This document shows, piece after piece, positions 43,007 through 51,936 of a stretch of DNA of 63,968 nt. The stretch is from the NCBI GenBank assembly GCA_963845515.1, contig CAWJSR010000011.1, positions 1 through 63,968 on the forward strand, read 5' to 3'. This stretch comes from an uncultured delta proteobacterium. GTDB lineage: Bacteria; Myxococcota; Myxococcia; Myxococcales; Anaeromyxobacteraceae. Made by a program: the position numbers and the translations under genes. Below the pieces are notes generated by a model that saw only the letters and a program-made list of their open reading frames with translations, was not told the DNA's origin and did not search any database. Within the stretch, counting starts at the first letter, position 1; every line of letters starts with the position of its first letter.

Positions 43007-43816
43007 ATGTCAGGATTCCAGATCGTCGTCCTCGGGTCGATCGTCCCCGACCCGCTCCAGACCCTCGAGCCGGTCTCGACGCCGCAGGGGCCGGGGCTGA
43101 AGAACGAGCAGATGCTCCCTGCCGTGCTCGACCCGTGGGCCGGCCACGCGCTCTACGAGGCGGCCAACCTCGCGGCGAAGACGCCTGGCTCCAAGGTCAC
43201 CCTCCTCTCGCTCGGCCCGAAGGCGAAGCTGCAGCAGGTGATGATGGTCGTCGGCCAGAAGGTCTCGTTCGAGCTCGTCGCGCTCGACGGCCCGGCCGGC
43301 GGCTTCATCGACTCGCACGAGGTCGCCGAGAGGCTGGCCGGCGCCGTCAAGGCGCTCCCCGGGCTCGACACCTCCAGGCTCCTCCTCTTCGGCGGCTGGG
43401 AGTCGGCGTCGCGCGGCGCCGGCGTCACGCTCCAGATGGTCGGCGAGAAGCTCGGGATCGCCGAGCAGTTCCAGGGGGTCGACAAGATCGACCCGCAGGC
43501 CGACGGCTCCTTCGAGGTGCTGGAGCGCGTGGAGGGGGGCAAGCACCAGGTCTCGAAGTGCGCTGGCGCCCCGGCGGTGCTCGGCTGGGCGACCGGCAGC
43601 CTCCCCGAGCCCAAGAACAACCCGCAGGTCGGCATGGCCAACATGCGGACCGTCATGCCGGCGCTCCAGAAGGCGGCGGCGGCGCCCGTCACCACCGGCG
43701 GCGTGGAGTTCACGTCGGTGTCGCTGCCCAAGGTGCAGCGCGAGACCCGGATCGTGAAGGACGTCAGCCCCGACGAGATCGCGAAAGAGCTCGTCGAGTG
43801 GATCAAGAAGGATTAG
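43007..43816 (+). CDS. etfB: Electron transfer flavoprotein beta subunit (divergent)
   Basis: IVPD, LDPWAGHALYEAA, LSLGP, VLERVEGG; sits between FixCX and EtfA. Confidence 0.8.
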   Translation: MSGFQIVVLGSIVPDPLQTLEPVSTPQGPGLKNEQMLPAVLDPWAGHALYEAANLAAKTPGSKVTLLSLGPKAKLQQVMMVVGQKVSFELVALDGPAGGFIDSHEVAERLAGAVKALPGLDTSRLLLFGGWESASRGAGVTLQMVGEKLGIAEQFQGVDKIDPQADGSFEVLERVEGGKHQVSKCAGAPAVLGWATGSLPEPKNNPQVGMANMRTVMPALQKAAAAPVTTGGVEFTSVSLPKVQRETRIVKDVSPDEIAKELVEWIKKD

Positions 43817-43836
43817 GGACCCGAGGAAACCAGACC

Positions 43837-44847
43837 ATGGACACCATCCTGCTCCTGACGCACTCCGAGGCCGACGGGTCGCTCCCCAAGGCCGCCCTCG
43901 AGGCACTCTCCGCCGCGAAGTCGCTCGGCGCCCCGGTGACTGCGGCCGTCTTCGGCGGCGACGTCGACGCGGCCGCGAAGACCCTCGCGGCCGCCGGCGC
44001 CGCGAAGGTGCTGACCGCCTCCGGCGACGCCTTCGCGCAGCCCCGCTTCGCCACCGACGCAGCGGCGGCCGCCGCGCTCGCGAAGGCCTCCGGCGCCCAG
44101 CTCGTCATCGCCCCCGCCACCTCCCGCATGGCCCGCGTCGCCGCCGGCGTCGCGCTTCGGCTCGGCGGCAGGATCGACACCCACGTCACGCAGATCCTGA
44201 ACGAGGGTGGCGTCGGCATCGTCCGCTGGTACTACAAGCAGCGGATCGAGGCGACGCAGAAGCGGAAGGAGCGCCCGTGGGTGCTCCTCGTCGATCCGGG
44301 CGCCTACCCCGCCGCCGCGGTCGCTGGCGGCACCGCGCCGATCGAGAAGGTGGAGGTGGCCGCCCCGGCCTCGCGCACCACCGTGAGCGGCGTGAAGGCG
44401 CCGACCTCGGGCGAGCAGACGATCAAGCCAGAGGCGAAGCTCCTCTTCGTCGCCGGCGCCGGCTGGACCAAGAAGCAGGCGGACGGCAAGCCCAACCCGG
44501 AGAAGGCCGAGAAGCTCATCCTCGGCTTCATCCGCGGCGCGGGCGCGTCGCTCGGCTCCTCCAAGTCGCTCGTCGACCAGGCGGGCGAGGGGCAGAAGGT
44601 CTTCGAGTTCATGACCCACCTGAACCAGGTGGGCCAGACCGGCGCCACACCCCGCCACCCCAAGGGGCTCTCGACCTGCTGCCACGGTGAGGAGCCGCAC
44701 GTCGTCGGCTGGCGCTTCATCCGCGAGCGCAGGGCGGTGAACCTCGACCCCAACTGCGGCTGGGCCCGCGGCAAGGCCGACGTGCTCTACGTAGCCGACG
44801 CGTTCGCCGTGATGGAGAAGGTGAACGAGCTGCTCGCGGCGAAGTAG
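43837..44847 (+). CDS. etfA: Electron transfer flavoprotein alpha subunit (divergent)
   Basis: ALEALSAA, LGSSKSLVD, NQVGQTG, AVNLDPNC..ADVLYVADAF. Confidence 0.82.
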   Translation: MDTILLLTHSEADGSLPKAALEALSAAKSLGAPVTAAVFGGDVDAAAKTLAAAGAAKVLTASGDAFAQPRFATDAAAAAALAKASGAQLVIAPATSRMARVAAGVALRLGGRIDTHVTQILNEGGVGIVRWYYKQRIEATQKRKERPWVLLVDPGAYPAAAVAGGTAPIEKVEVAAPASRTTVSGVKAPTSGEQTIKPEAKLLFVAGAGWTKKQADGKPNPEKAEKLILGFIRGAGASLGSSKSLVDQAGEGQKVFEFMTHLNQVGQTGATPRHPKGLSTCCHGEEPHVVGWRFIRERRAVNLDPNCGWARGKADVLYVADAFAVMEKVNELLAAK

Positions 44848-44877
44848 ATCTCCCGATTCCCTTCGCTCCCCCTGGGA

Positions 44878-44913
44878 TCCCTCTTCCGCTCCGCGGGAGA
44901 GGGACTTCTTCTT
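44878..44913 (+). terminator. REP-like hairpin followed by a pyrimidine run; possible terminator of the etf operon
   Basis: TCCCTCTTCCGC-TCC-GCGGGAGAGGGA then CTTCTTCTT. Confidence 0.5.
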
Positions 44914-44946
44914 GACCGTCGTCCCCTCTCACCCAGCAGGCGAGCA

Positions 44947-45351
44947 TCACGGCCCGACGCTGGCGCCCCACCTCCCCGAGGCAATCTTCTCCACGTCCTC
45001 GCGGCACTCGTACGAGATGCCGTGGACCTTCACCAGCCGCCCCAGCACGAGGAAGGTGGTCTCCCTCCCACCCCGTCCGACGAGCGTGACCCGGAAGCGC
45101 GGCACGAACTTCACCGCCTGCCTCCGCGTGCAGTCGCGCAGCGCCTGCGCGAGGCGATCCGGCCCCAGGTCGGCGGACGCGACGGCCCGCTCGCGATCGT
45201 CCGACCACCGATCGCCGGGCCCCTCTCGCCGCGCGATTCGCAACGACGCGAGCTCGTCTGTGCCCTGGTGCGTCGCGCAGCCCGCGGCCACCGCCACGGC
45301 CAGCAGGAGCAGCACATGGAGCGTCGCCCCAGGCGACCCCACTGCCTTCAC
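44947..45351 (-). CDS. Hypothetical lipoprotein
   Basis: Lipobox LLLLAVAVAAG-C; start uncertain. Confidence 0.5.
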   Translation of the reverse strand: MKAVGSPGATLHVLLLLAVAVAAGCATHQGTDELASLRIARREGPGDRWSDDRERAVASADLGPDRLAQALRDCTRRQAVKFVPRFRVTLVGRGGRETTFLVLGRLVKVHGISYECREDVEKIASGRWGASVGP

Positions 45352-45551
45352 CGGGACGTCCTCCGGCGCCTCGCCCCGAGGACGGGCGCTCCACCCTCCT
45401 CGGCCAGGGGCGGTCCGAATGGCGGCCTCCAGCTGTGGGCGACGGATCACACAGTCAGTGTATCTTGCGATTTCATGGTCTGGCTATGAATCTTCAATGT
45501 GCACCCGCCCGCAGGCGGCTAGCGCAGCTGTTTGAGGAGGGGGAGGGTGCG

Positions 45552-46465
45552 TCACCGATAGCCGGTCACGTCCGCGGGCTTGCCAGCGTCCATGACCTCG
45601 ATGAGGTACCGCCAGCAGTCCGGGCTGGCTGCCGTCGAGATCGGTGAAGCCGTACACCTTCGCCAGCTCCCCGCTGGAGAGCGACCTCCCGTTCCAGCGT
45701 GACCGGTCGGGATCCGCCGCGAGCGCCGCCACGGCCCGGCCGACGAACGCCGGGCTCTCGGAGATGGCGAAGTGAGGCACGCGCGCCGTCGCGTCGCGCC
45801 AGCTCGACTCGGTGACGCCGTAGGTCTCGAGCATCGCCTCGGAGCGCAGCCAGCCCGGCGTGAGCGACACGGCCGTCGCGCCGTGCGGCTTCAGCTCGTG
45901 CGCCAGCGCGAACGCCATCCGGTTCACGGACGCCTTGGCCAGGTCGTAGAAGAAGGAGAGCCGGTAGTGCGTCGCGTTGTACGTCGTCGGTCCCGTCGTT
46001 CACCTCCACGACGAGGCCGCCCGGCTTCTTGATGAGCAGTGGGAGGGCGAAGTGGCTGGTGATGGCGTGGGTGTCCACGGCCAGGTGCAGCGTGCGGAGC
46101 CCGATCTCCAGCGTCGACTCCCAGACCGACTTGTTCCACTCGAGCGTGGTGGCCCCGAAGATGTCGTTCACGAGGAGGTGCAGGGCGCCCTGCTCGCGCT
46201 CGATCCGGGCCACGAGCGCGCGAACCTCGTCGGGCACCAGGTGGTCCACCTGGACCGCGATCCCGCGGCCACCGGCCGCGTCGACCAGGGCCGCGGTCTC
46301 CTCGATCGTCTCCGGCCGGTTCATCTCCGATCTGCCGGCACGGGTCGTTCGCCCGGTGACGTAGACGGTGGCTCCGGCCGCACCCAGCTGCACGGCGATC
46401 CCGCGCCCCGCCCCCCGCGTCGCCCCCGCGACCAGCGCGACCTTTCCTGCCAGGGATGGGCCCAT
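45552..46465 (-). CDS. SDR family oxidoreductase (apparent frameshifts near 45985 and 45622)
   Basis: VAGATRGAGRG, LVNDI, then FYDLAK, LTPGWLRSE, ISESPAFVGR; the last frame reads CWRYLIEVMDAGKPADVTGYR-stop. Confidence 0.85.
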
Positions 46466-46544
46466 GCGGCTTCACTAGCGTCCGAACGGACTGCGTGCAG
46501 CGCCAGCCCCCCCGCGACCAACCCCCAACTTCGACCCGGCCTGC

Positions 46545-47492
46545 TCACCGCACCTTCAAGACCACCTTCCCCACCACGCCCCCCGCCTCCGCGATCGCGA
46601 ACCCCTTCGCCGCCTCCGCGAGCGGGAAGACGTGCTCCACGACCGGCTTCACCTGGCCCGACGCGAGGAGCCGCTCCAGCTCCGCGTAGTCCTCCGGCTC
46701 GCCGCGCATGTTGACGACGAAGCCGCGCCCCAGCGGCAGGAGGGACGACAGGATGCTGCGCAGCCAGAGCCCCGGCGTCGGGAGCGTGCTCGCGTACGCG
46801 CCGCCCGGTGCGAGGACCCTCGCGGCGCGAGCGTAGCCGGCGCTGGCGTGCGCGTCGAAGACGAAGTCGTACCGCTCCTCCCCCTTCGTGAAGTCCTGCT
46901 TCCGGTAGTCGAGGACCGTCGCGGCGCCAAGCGCGCGCGCCCGGTCCGCGTTCATCGCGCTGCAGACGGCCGTGACGGTGGCGCCGCGCGCCCGCGCGAG
47001 CTGGACCGCGAAGTGGCCGACGCCGCCCGTGGCTCCGTTCACGAGGACCCGCCTCCGGGCGCGGTCGCCCGCGAGGCGAAGTCCGTTGAGGGCAGTGAGC
47101 GCGGCCACGGGGAGCGCGGCCGCCTCGAGGAACGAGAGCCCCTCCGGCATGCGGCGCAGCCCCTTCGCGGCGACCGCCATGAGCTCGGCGTGGCTCCCGG
47201 GGCGGCCGAACATCGTGACCACGATCCCGTAGACCCGGTCGCCGACGGCGAGCCCCGTCACGCCGTCACCGACGGCATCCACCACCCCGGCGAAGTCGGT
47301 CCCGAACGGACGCGGGAAGCGCTGTCCCGGGATCGCCCGCGCCATCCCGGACCGGAGCTTCCAGTCGACCGGGTTGACCGACGCGGCGTGGACGGCGACG
47401 CGGACCTCTCCCCGTCGCGGAGATGGCTCCGGCAGGTCACCGTAATGCATCACCTCAGGGCCGCCCCAGGCCGTCGCGTAGAAGGCTTTCAC
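46545..47492 (-). CDS. NAD(P)-dependent MDR-family (quinone oxidoreductase-like) protein
   Basis: AASVNPVDWK, GTDFAG, NGATGGVGHFAVQ, GKVVL; GGAGGA RBS before GTG. Confidence 0.92.
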   Translation of the reverse strand: MKAFYATAWGGPEVMHYGDLPEPSPRRGEVRVAVHAASVNPVDWKLRSGMARAIPGQRFPRPFGTDFAGVVDAVGDGVTGLAVGDRVYGIVVTMFGRPGSHAELMAVAAKGLRRMPEGLSFLEAAALPVAALTALNGLRLAGDRARRRVLVNGATGGVGHFAVQLARARGATVTAVCSAMNADRARALGAATVLDYRKQDFTKGEERYDFVFDAHASAGYARAARVLAPGGAYASTLPTPGLWLRSILSSLLPLGRGFVVNMRGEPEDYAELERLLASGQVKPVVEHVFPLAEAAKGFAIAEAGGVVGKVVLKVR

Positions 47493-47661
47493 GTGGTCGT
47501 CCTCCTGCGCCGCCCCCAAGGACAGGCGCTCCCCCCTCCTCGGCGAGGGTCCCGAGCACTACCTTGAACTCTGAACCAGAACGTTTCAATTCTCGAGGGG
47601 TGGTCGGGTCCTGACGGCTCGGGAGCGTGTGGCTCGTTGCTTCTTCGCATATCCTCCCCAC

Positions 47662-48702
47662 GTGCGCTTCACCCTCTCCTCCGGCGCCCTACACGGGCTC
47701 GGCGCAGCCCTCCTCTTCGGCCTCTCGACCCCGGTCGCGAAGCTCCTGCTCCCCGGGACCGGGCCGTTCACGGTCGCGGCGCTCCTCTACCTGGGCAGCG
47801 GCGTCGGGTTCCTGCTGCTCGGCGGGCTCCTCCCACGGCGGCACGAAGCGCCGCTCCGCCGCGGCGACGTCCCGCTGCTCGCCGCCGTGACGGCCTCGGG
47901 CGGCGTGGTGGCGCCGGTGCTCCTCATGATCGGCCTCTCGCGGCTCGACGGCACGAGCGCGTCGCTGCTCCTGAACCTGGAGCTCCCCTTCACCATCGCC
48001 CTCGCGGTGGGGCTCTTCGGAGAGTCGCTCGGCCGGCGCGAGGTGGCCGGCGCCGTCGCCGTCATCGCCGGGAGCGTGCTGCTCGGGTCGGGCGGCGCGG
48101 GCGGCCGCGCCGACGTCGCCGGCGCGCTGGCGGTCGCCGGGGCCACGCTCGGCTGGGCGCTCGACAACAACCTGAGCCAGCGGCTCGCGCTGCGGGATCC
48201 CGTCGCCGTCGTCCGAGTGAAGACGGTCGTGGCCGGGGTGGTCAACATCGGCCTGGCGCTCGTCGCTGGAGAGGGGCTCCCCGGCGGCGGGGCGATCGCG
48301 GCGACGCTGGTGACCGGCTTCTTCGGCTATGGGGTGAGCATCGTGCTCCACATGCTCGCCATCCGGGAGCTCGGGGCGGCGCGCCAGGGGACCCTCTTCG
48401 CCACCGCCCCCTTCGCCGGAGCGCTCGCGGCGATCCCCATCCTCGGAGAGCGGCTCTCGGGGCGCGAGCTGGTCGCCGGGGCGGCGATGGCGGCCGGCGT
48501 CGGCGTGATGCTCCGCTCCCGCCACGGGCACGTCCACTCGCACGCCGCGCTCCAGCACGAGCACCTTCACGTCCACGACGCGCACCACGATCACCGCCAC
48601 GACGTGCCGGTGACGGAGCCCCACTCACACCCGCACGTGCACGAGCCGCTGGAGCACGATCACGCCCACACGCCGGACGCGCACCACCGGCACGCGCACT
48701 GA
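47662..48702 (+). CDS. DMT/EamA transporter with His-rich C-terminal tail
   Basis: About ten hydrophobic segments, ASLLLNLE, ALDNNLS, LGAAR; 23 His in the last ~59 residues. Confidence 0.9.
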   Translation: MRFTLSSGALHGLGAALLFGLSTPVAKLLLPGTGPFTVAALLYLGSGVGFLLLGGLLPRRHEAPLRRGDVPLLAAVTASGGVVAPVLLMIGLSRLDGTSASLLLNLELPFTIALAVGLFGESLGRREVAGAVAVIAGSVLLGSGGAGGRADVAGALAVAGATLGWALDNNLSQRLALRDPVAVVRVKTVVAGVVNIGLALVAGEGLPGGGAIAATLVTGFFGYGVSIVLHMLAIRELGAARQGTLFATAPFAGALAAIPILGERLSGRELVAGAAMAAGVGVMLRSRHGHVHSHAALQHEHLHVHDAHHDHRHDVPVTEPHSHPHVHEPLEHDHAHTPDAHHRHAH

Positions 48703-48734
48703 AGGCGCCCCGCTCCAGCCGCGTCGACTGGGCT

Positions 48735-49254
48735 CTACGGCACGCCCGCCTCCGCGTCCATCCAGCGGTCGGACGGCTCCGCGAGGTGCTCCTCCAGCTT
48801 GTCGAAGCTCATCGCCATCCCCTCGGCCATTGGGCCCGCCAGCACCTCGTCGCGCACCCGCGTCGACTCGTAGCGCAGCCAGACGGTGACGATCGTCCTG
48901 CCGCCCCGCTCCTCGAAGTTGACGGTGCTCCGCTCCTCACCATCGAACCACGGCACGTCGAACGTCGCGGTGGTCGCGAACCGCTCGGGCGGCGCGAACT
49001 CGGTGCAGGTCGCGCGATAGCCCCATCCGCCCCCCCTCCGGCCCCCTCCAGACGAAGCGCGAGGTGCCGCCTATCCGCGGATCGATCTCGCAGACGGACA
49101 TCCACCAGCCGCCGATGGCGCCGAGCCAGTGCTGGACGTGCTCCGGCTTCGTGTAGGCGTCGAAGACCTCCTCGCGCGTGGCGTCGAAGGCCCTGGTCAC
49201 CTTGATTCGCCTCTCTCCGTCGGCCTCGACCTTCATCTTTCCGAACACGCTCAC
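48735..49254 (-). CDS. SRPBCC/AHSA1 family protein (apparent frameshift near 49010)
   Basis: TRAFDATREEVFDAYTKPE..CEIDPRIGG, then PPERFATTATFD..RDEVLAGPMAEGM in another frame. Confidence 0.8.
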
Positions 49255-49364
49255 GGGACGAACCTCCTTGGCGCGTGGCGAAGCCACGCATGGCCGTTGC
49301 ATAGTGGTCCCCGATGCCCTCCGCTCCCCCGCGTCGCGCCCCTCCGGGACCGCCCCGATCACCG

Positions 49365-50141
49365 GTGTATAGCCCCCTTGCACCCGTGCTCCTGGCCCTC
49401 GCTCTCGCCGCCGGCCCGGCGGCCGCGCAGGGGGGCGCTCGCCGTTCGGTCAGCGTCGCTGCAGCTTCCAGCCTCAAGCTCCCCGTGGAGGCGCTGGCGC
49501 GCGACTTCGAGGGGGCGAACCCCGGGGTGAAGGTCGCCGTCACGCTCGGCGCCTCCGGAACCTTCTTCGCCCAGATCCGGAGCGGGGCGCCCTTCGACCT
49601 GTTCCTGTCCGCCGACCGCGACTACCCGCGGCGCCTGGTCGAGGCGGGGCTGGTCGAGCAGGGAGGCGACGTCCTCTACGCGACAGGAGCGCTCGTCGTC
49701 TGGACCCCGCAGGGCTCGCCGGTCGCGCTCGGGAGCGGGGGGCTCGCGGCGCTCGCCGGCCCGCGCGTGAAGCGGCTGGCCATGGCCAACCCAGCGGCCG
49801 CGCCGTGGGGGCGCGCGGCCGAGGCTGCCCTGCGCTCGGCCGGGATCCTCGAGGCGGTCCGCCCGCGGCTCGTCTTCGGCCAGAGCGTGTCGCAGGCCGC
49901 CCAGTTCGCATCGACCGGCGCCGCGGACGCTGCGCTCCTCCCGCGCTCGCTCACCTTCGCCCCCGGGCTGGCAGGCGGCCGGATCTACCCCGTTCCCCAG
50001 TCCCTCTACCCGCCGCAGGAGCAGTCTGCGGTGGTGCTCGCCGGGGCGTCCGAGCCCGGCCTCGCTCGCGCCTTCCTCGCCTTCGTCACGGGGCCGAAGG
50101 GGCGCGCCATCCTCTCGAAGTACGGGTACGCTCTGCCCTGA
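49365..50141 (+). CDS. modA: Molybdate ABC transporter substrate-binding protein
   Basis: VAAASSL, GASG..QIRSGAPFDLFLSAD, ANPAAAPWG; start uncertain. Confidence 0.92.
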   Translation: MYSPLAPVLLALALAAGPAAAQGGARRSVSVAAASSLKLPVEALARDFEGANPGVKVAVTLGASGTFFAQIRSGAPFDLFLSADRDYPRRLVEAGLVEQGGDVLYATGALVVWTPQGSPVALGSGGLAALAGPRVKRLAMANPAAAPWGRAAEAALRSAGILEAVRPRLVFGQSVSQAAQFASTGAADAALLPRSLTFAPGLAGGRIYPVPQSLYPPQEQSAVVLAGASEPGLARAFLAFVTGPKGRAILSKYGYALP

Positions 50142-50815
50142 TGGACCTCGAAGCGCTCAGGCTCTCGCTGGAGCTGGCGGCCCTCACGACCGTCGCGCTG
50201 CTCCTGCTCGGGCTGCCGCTCGGCCATTGGATCGCGTCGTCGCGCTGGCGCTGGAAGTTCCTCGTCGAGGCGATCGTGGCGCTCCCGATCGTCCTCCCGC
50301 CCACCGTGCTCGGCTTCTACCTGCTGGTCGGTCTCGGGCCTCAGGGGGCGCTCGGTCGCGCGTGGGAGGCGGTCGCCGGGAGCCGGTTCCCCTTCTCCTT
50401 CGGCGGGCTGCTCTTCGCCTCGGTCCTCTACAGCCTCCCCTTCGCCGTGCAGCCATTCGCGGCCGCGATCTCGGGGGTCGACCCGAGGCTCGTCGAGGCC
50501 TCCCACGTGCTCGGAGCCTCCCGGCTTCGCACCTTCTTCCGGGTGACGCTGCCGCTGGCCTGGCACGGGATCCTCGCCGGCGCGATCCTCGCCTTCGCGC
50601 ACACCCTCGGTGAGTTCGGCGTGGTGCTGATGGTGGGCGGCAACATCGCCGGCAGGACGCGCACGCTCTCCATCTCCCTCTTCGACCAGGTCGAGGGGCT
50701 CGAGTACGGTGCCGCCAACCAGACCGCAGCGCTGCTGCTCCTCGTCTCGTTCGCCGTCCTGACCGTCGTCTACGCGCTCCAGCGGCGCCCGTTCCTCCAG
50801 TGGACCGGGCGCTGA
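50141..50815 (+). CDS. modB: Molybdate ABC transporter permease
   Basis: LPIVLPPTVLGFYLL, YSLPFAVQP, FAHTLGEFGVVLMVGGNI. Confidence 0.95.
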   Translation: MDLEALRLSLELAALTTVALLLLGLPLGHWIASSRWRWKFLVEAIVALPIVLPPTVLGFYLLVGLGPQGALGRAWEAVAGSRFPFSFGGLLFASVLYSLPFAVQPFAAAISGVDPRLVEASHVLGASRLRTFFRVTLPLAWHGILAGAILAFAHTLGEFGVVLMVGGNIAGRTRTLSISLFDQVEGLEYGAANQTAALLLLVSFAVLTVVYALQRRPFLQWTGR

Positions 50816-51886
50816 TCCTCGACGTCGAGCGCAGCTTCCGCGGCGGCCTCACGGTCCGCGCGAAGGCGGAGCTGCCGCTCGACGACGGGCCGGTGACGGT
50901 CCTCTTCGGCCCGTCGGGCTCCGGGAAGAGCACCGTGCTGCGAGCGCTCGCCGGGCTCGAGCCGGAGGCGCGCGGCGTCATCAGGCTCGGCGGCGAGGCG
51001 TGGCTCGACTCGGCGCGCGGCCTCTCGGTCTCGCCGCAGCGGCGGCGCGTCGGCTTCCTCTTCCAGGAGTACGCGCTCTTCCCGCACCTCTCGGTCGCCG
51101 GGAACGTCGGCTACGGCCTCTACGCGCTGCCGCGCGGCGAGCGCGAGGAGCTGGTGCGGCGAGTCGCCGACCGGCTCAGGATCGGCGACCTCCTCGACCG
51201 GCGCCCGGCGCAGCTCTCCGGCGGCCAGCGGCAGCGCGTCGCGCTCGCGCGGGCGCTCGCCCCCTCTCCGCGCCTGCTCCTGCTGGACGAGCCGCTCTCC
51301 GCGCTCGACGCCCCCACCCGCGAGGAGCTGAGGGCGGAGCTGCGCCGCTCGCTGGAGTCGTCCGGCGTCCCGGCGATCGTCGTCACGCACGACAGGGTCG
51401 AGGCGCTCGCGCTCGGCGATCGGATGGCGGTCATGATCGAAGGCGAGGTCCGGCAGGTCGGACCGGTCCGCGAGGTCTTCAGCGCGCCGGCCGAGCTCGC
51501 GGTCGCGCGCGTCGTGGGGACGGAGAACGTCCTCGCGGTCCGGCTGGCCGGCCGCGCCGACGGGCTCGCCACGGTCCGTGCCGGCGAGGTCGAGCTGGTG
51601 GGCGATCGATCCGGGCGGGCTCGAGGCGGACGCCTTCGCCTGCATCCGGGCCGAGGAGGTGGTGCTGGAGGAGGCGCCGGGCGCCCCCAGCTCGGCGCGA
51701 AACCTGCTGCAGGGCGTCGTCACCGGGCGCAGCGACGAGGGGCCGCTGGTCCGCGTCCGGCTCGACTGCGGGATCCCGCTCGTCGCGCTCGTGACGCGCC
51801 CGAGCGCCGACGCGATGGGGCTCGCGCCGGGCAAGAGGGTGGCGGCGCTCGTGAAGGCGCCGGCGGTGCGGCTCGTCGGAAGGTGA
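50800..51886 (+). CDS. modC: Molybdate ABC transporter ATP-binding protein with TOBE domain (apparent +1 G near 51601)
   Basis: GPSGSGKST, FQEYALFPH, LSGGQRQR; TOBE SSARNLL..ALVT..ALVKA in the shifted frame. Confidence 0.88.
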
Positions 51887-51936
51887 GGTGAGGTGGCGCG
51901 CGGCCAGGCTGCCGATCCTGCGTCTGGAGATAATGG

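Noticed and set aside
45440..45500. AT-richer patch with imperfect TTCAT..ATGAA inverted repeat
   Set aside because: Probably the promoter region of the lipoprotein gene; too short and imperfect to call.
47550..47624. 6S RNA, SRP RNA or NiCo riboswitch
   Set aside because: Only superficial resemblance (ACCTTGAAC; GTCAGGACC); the length, conserved loops and gene context do not fit.
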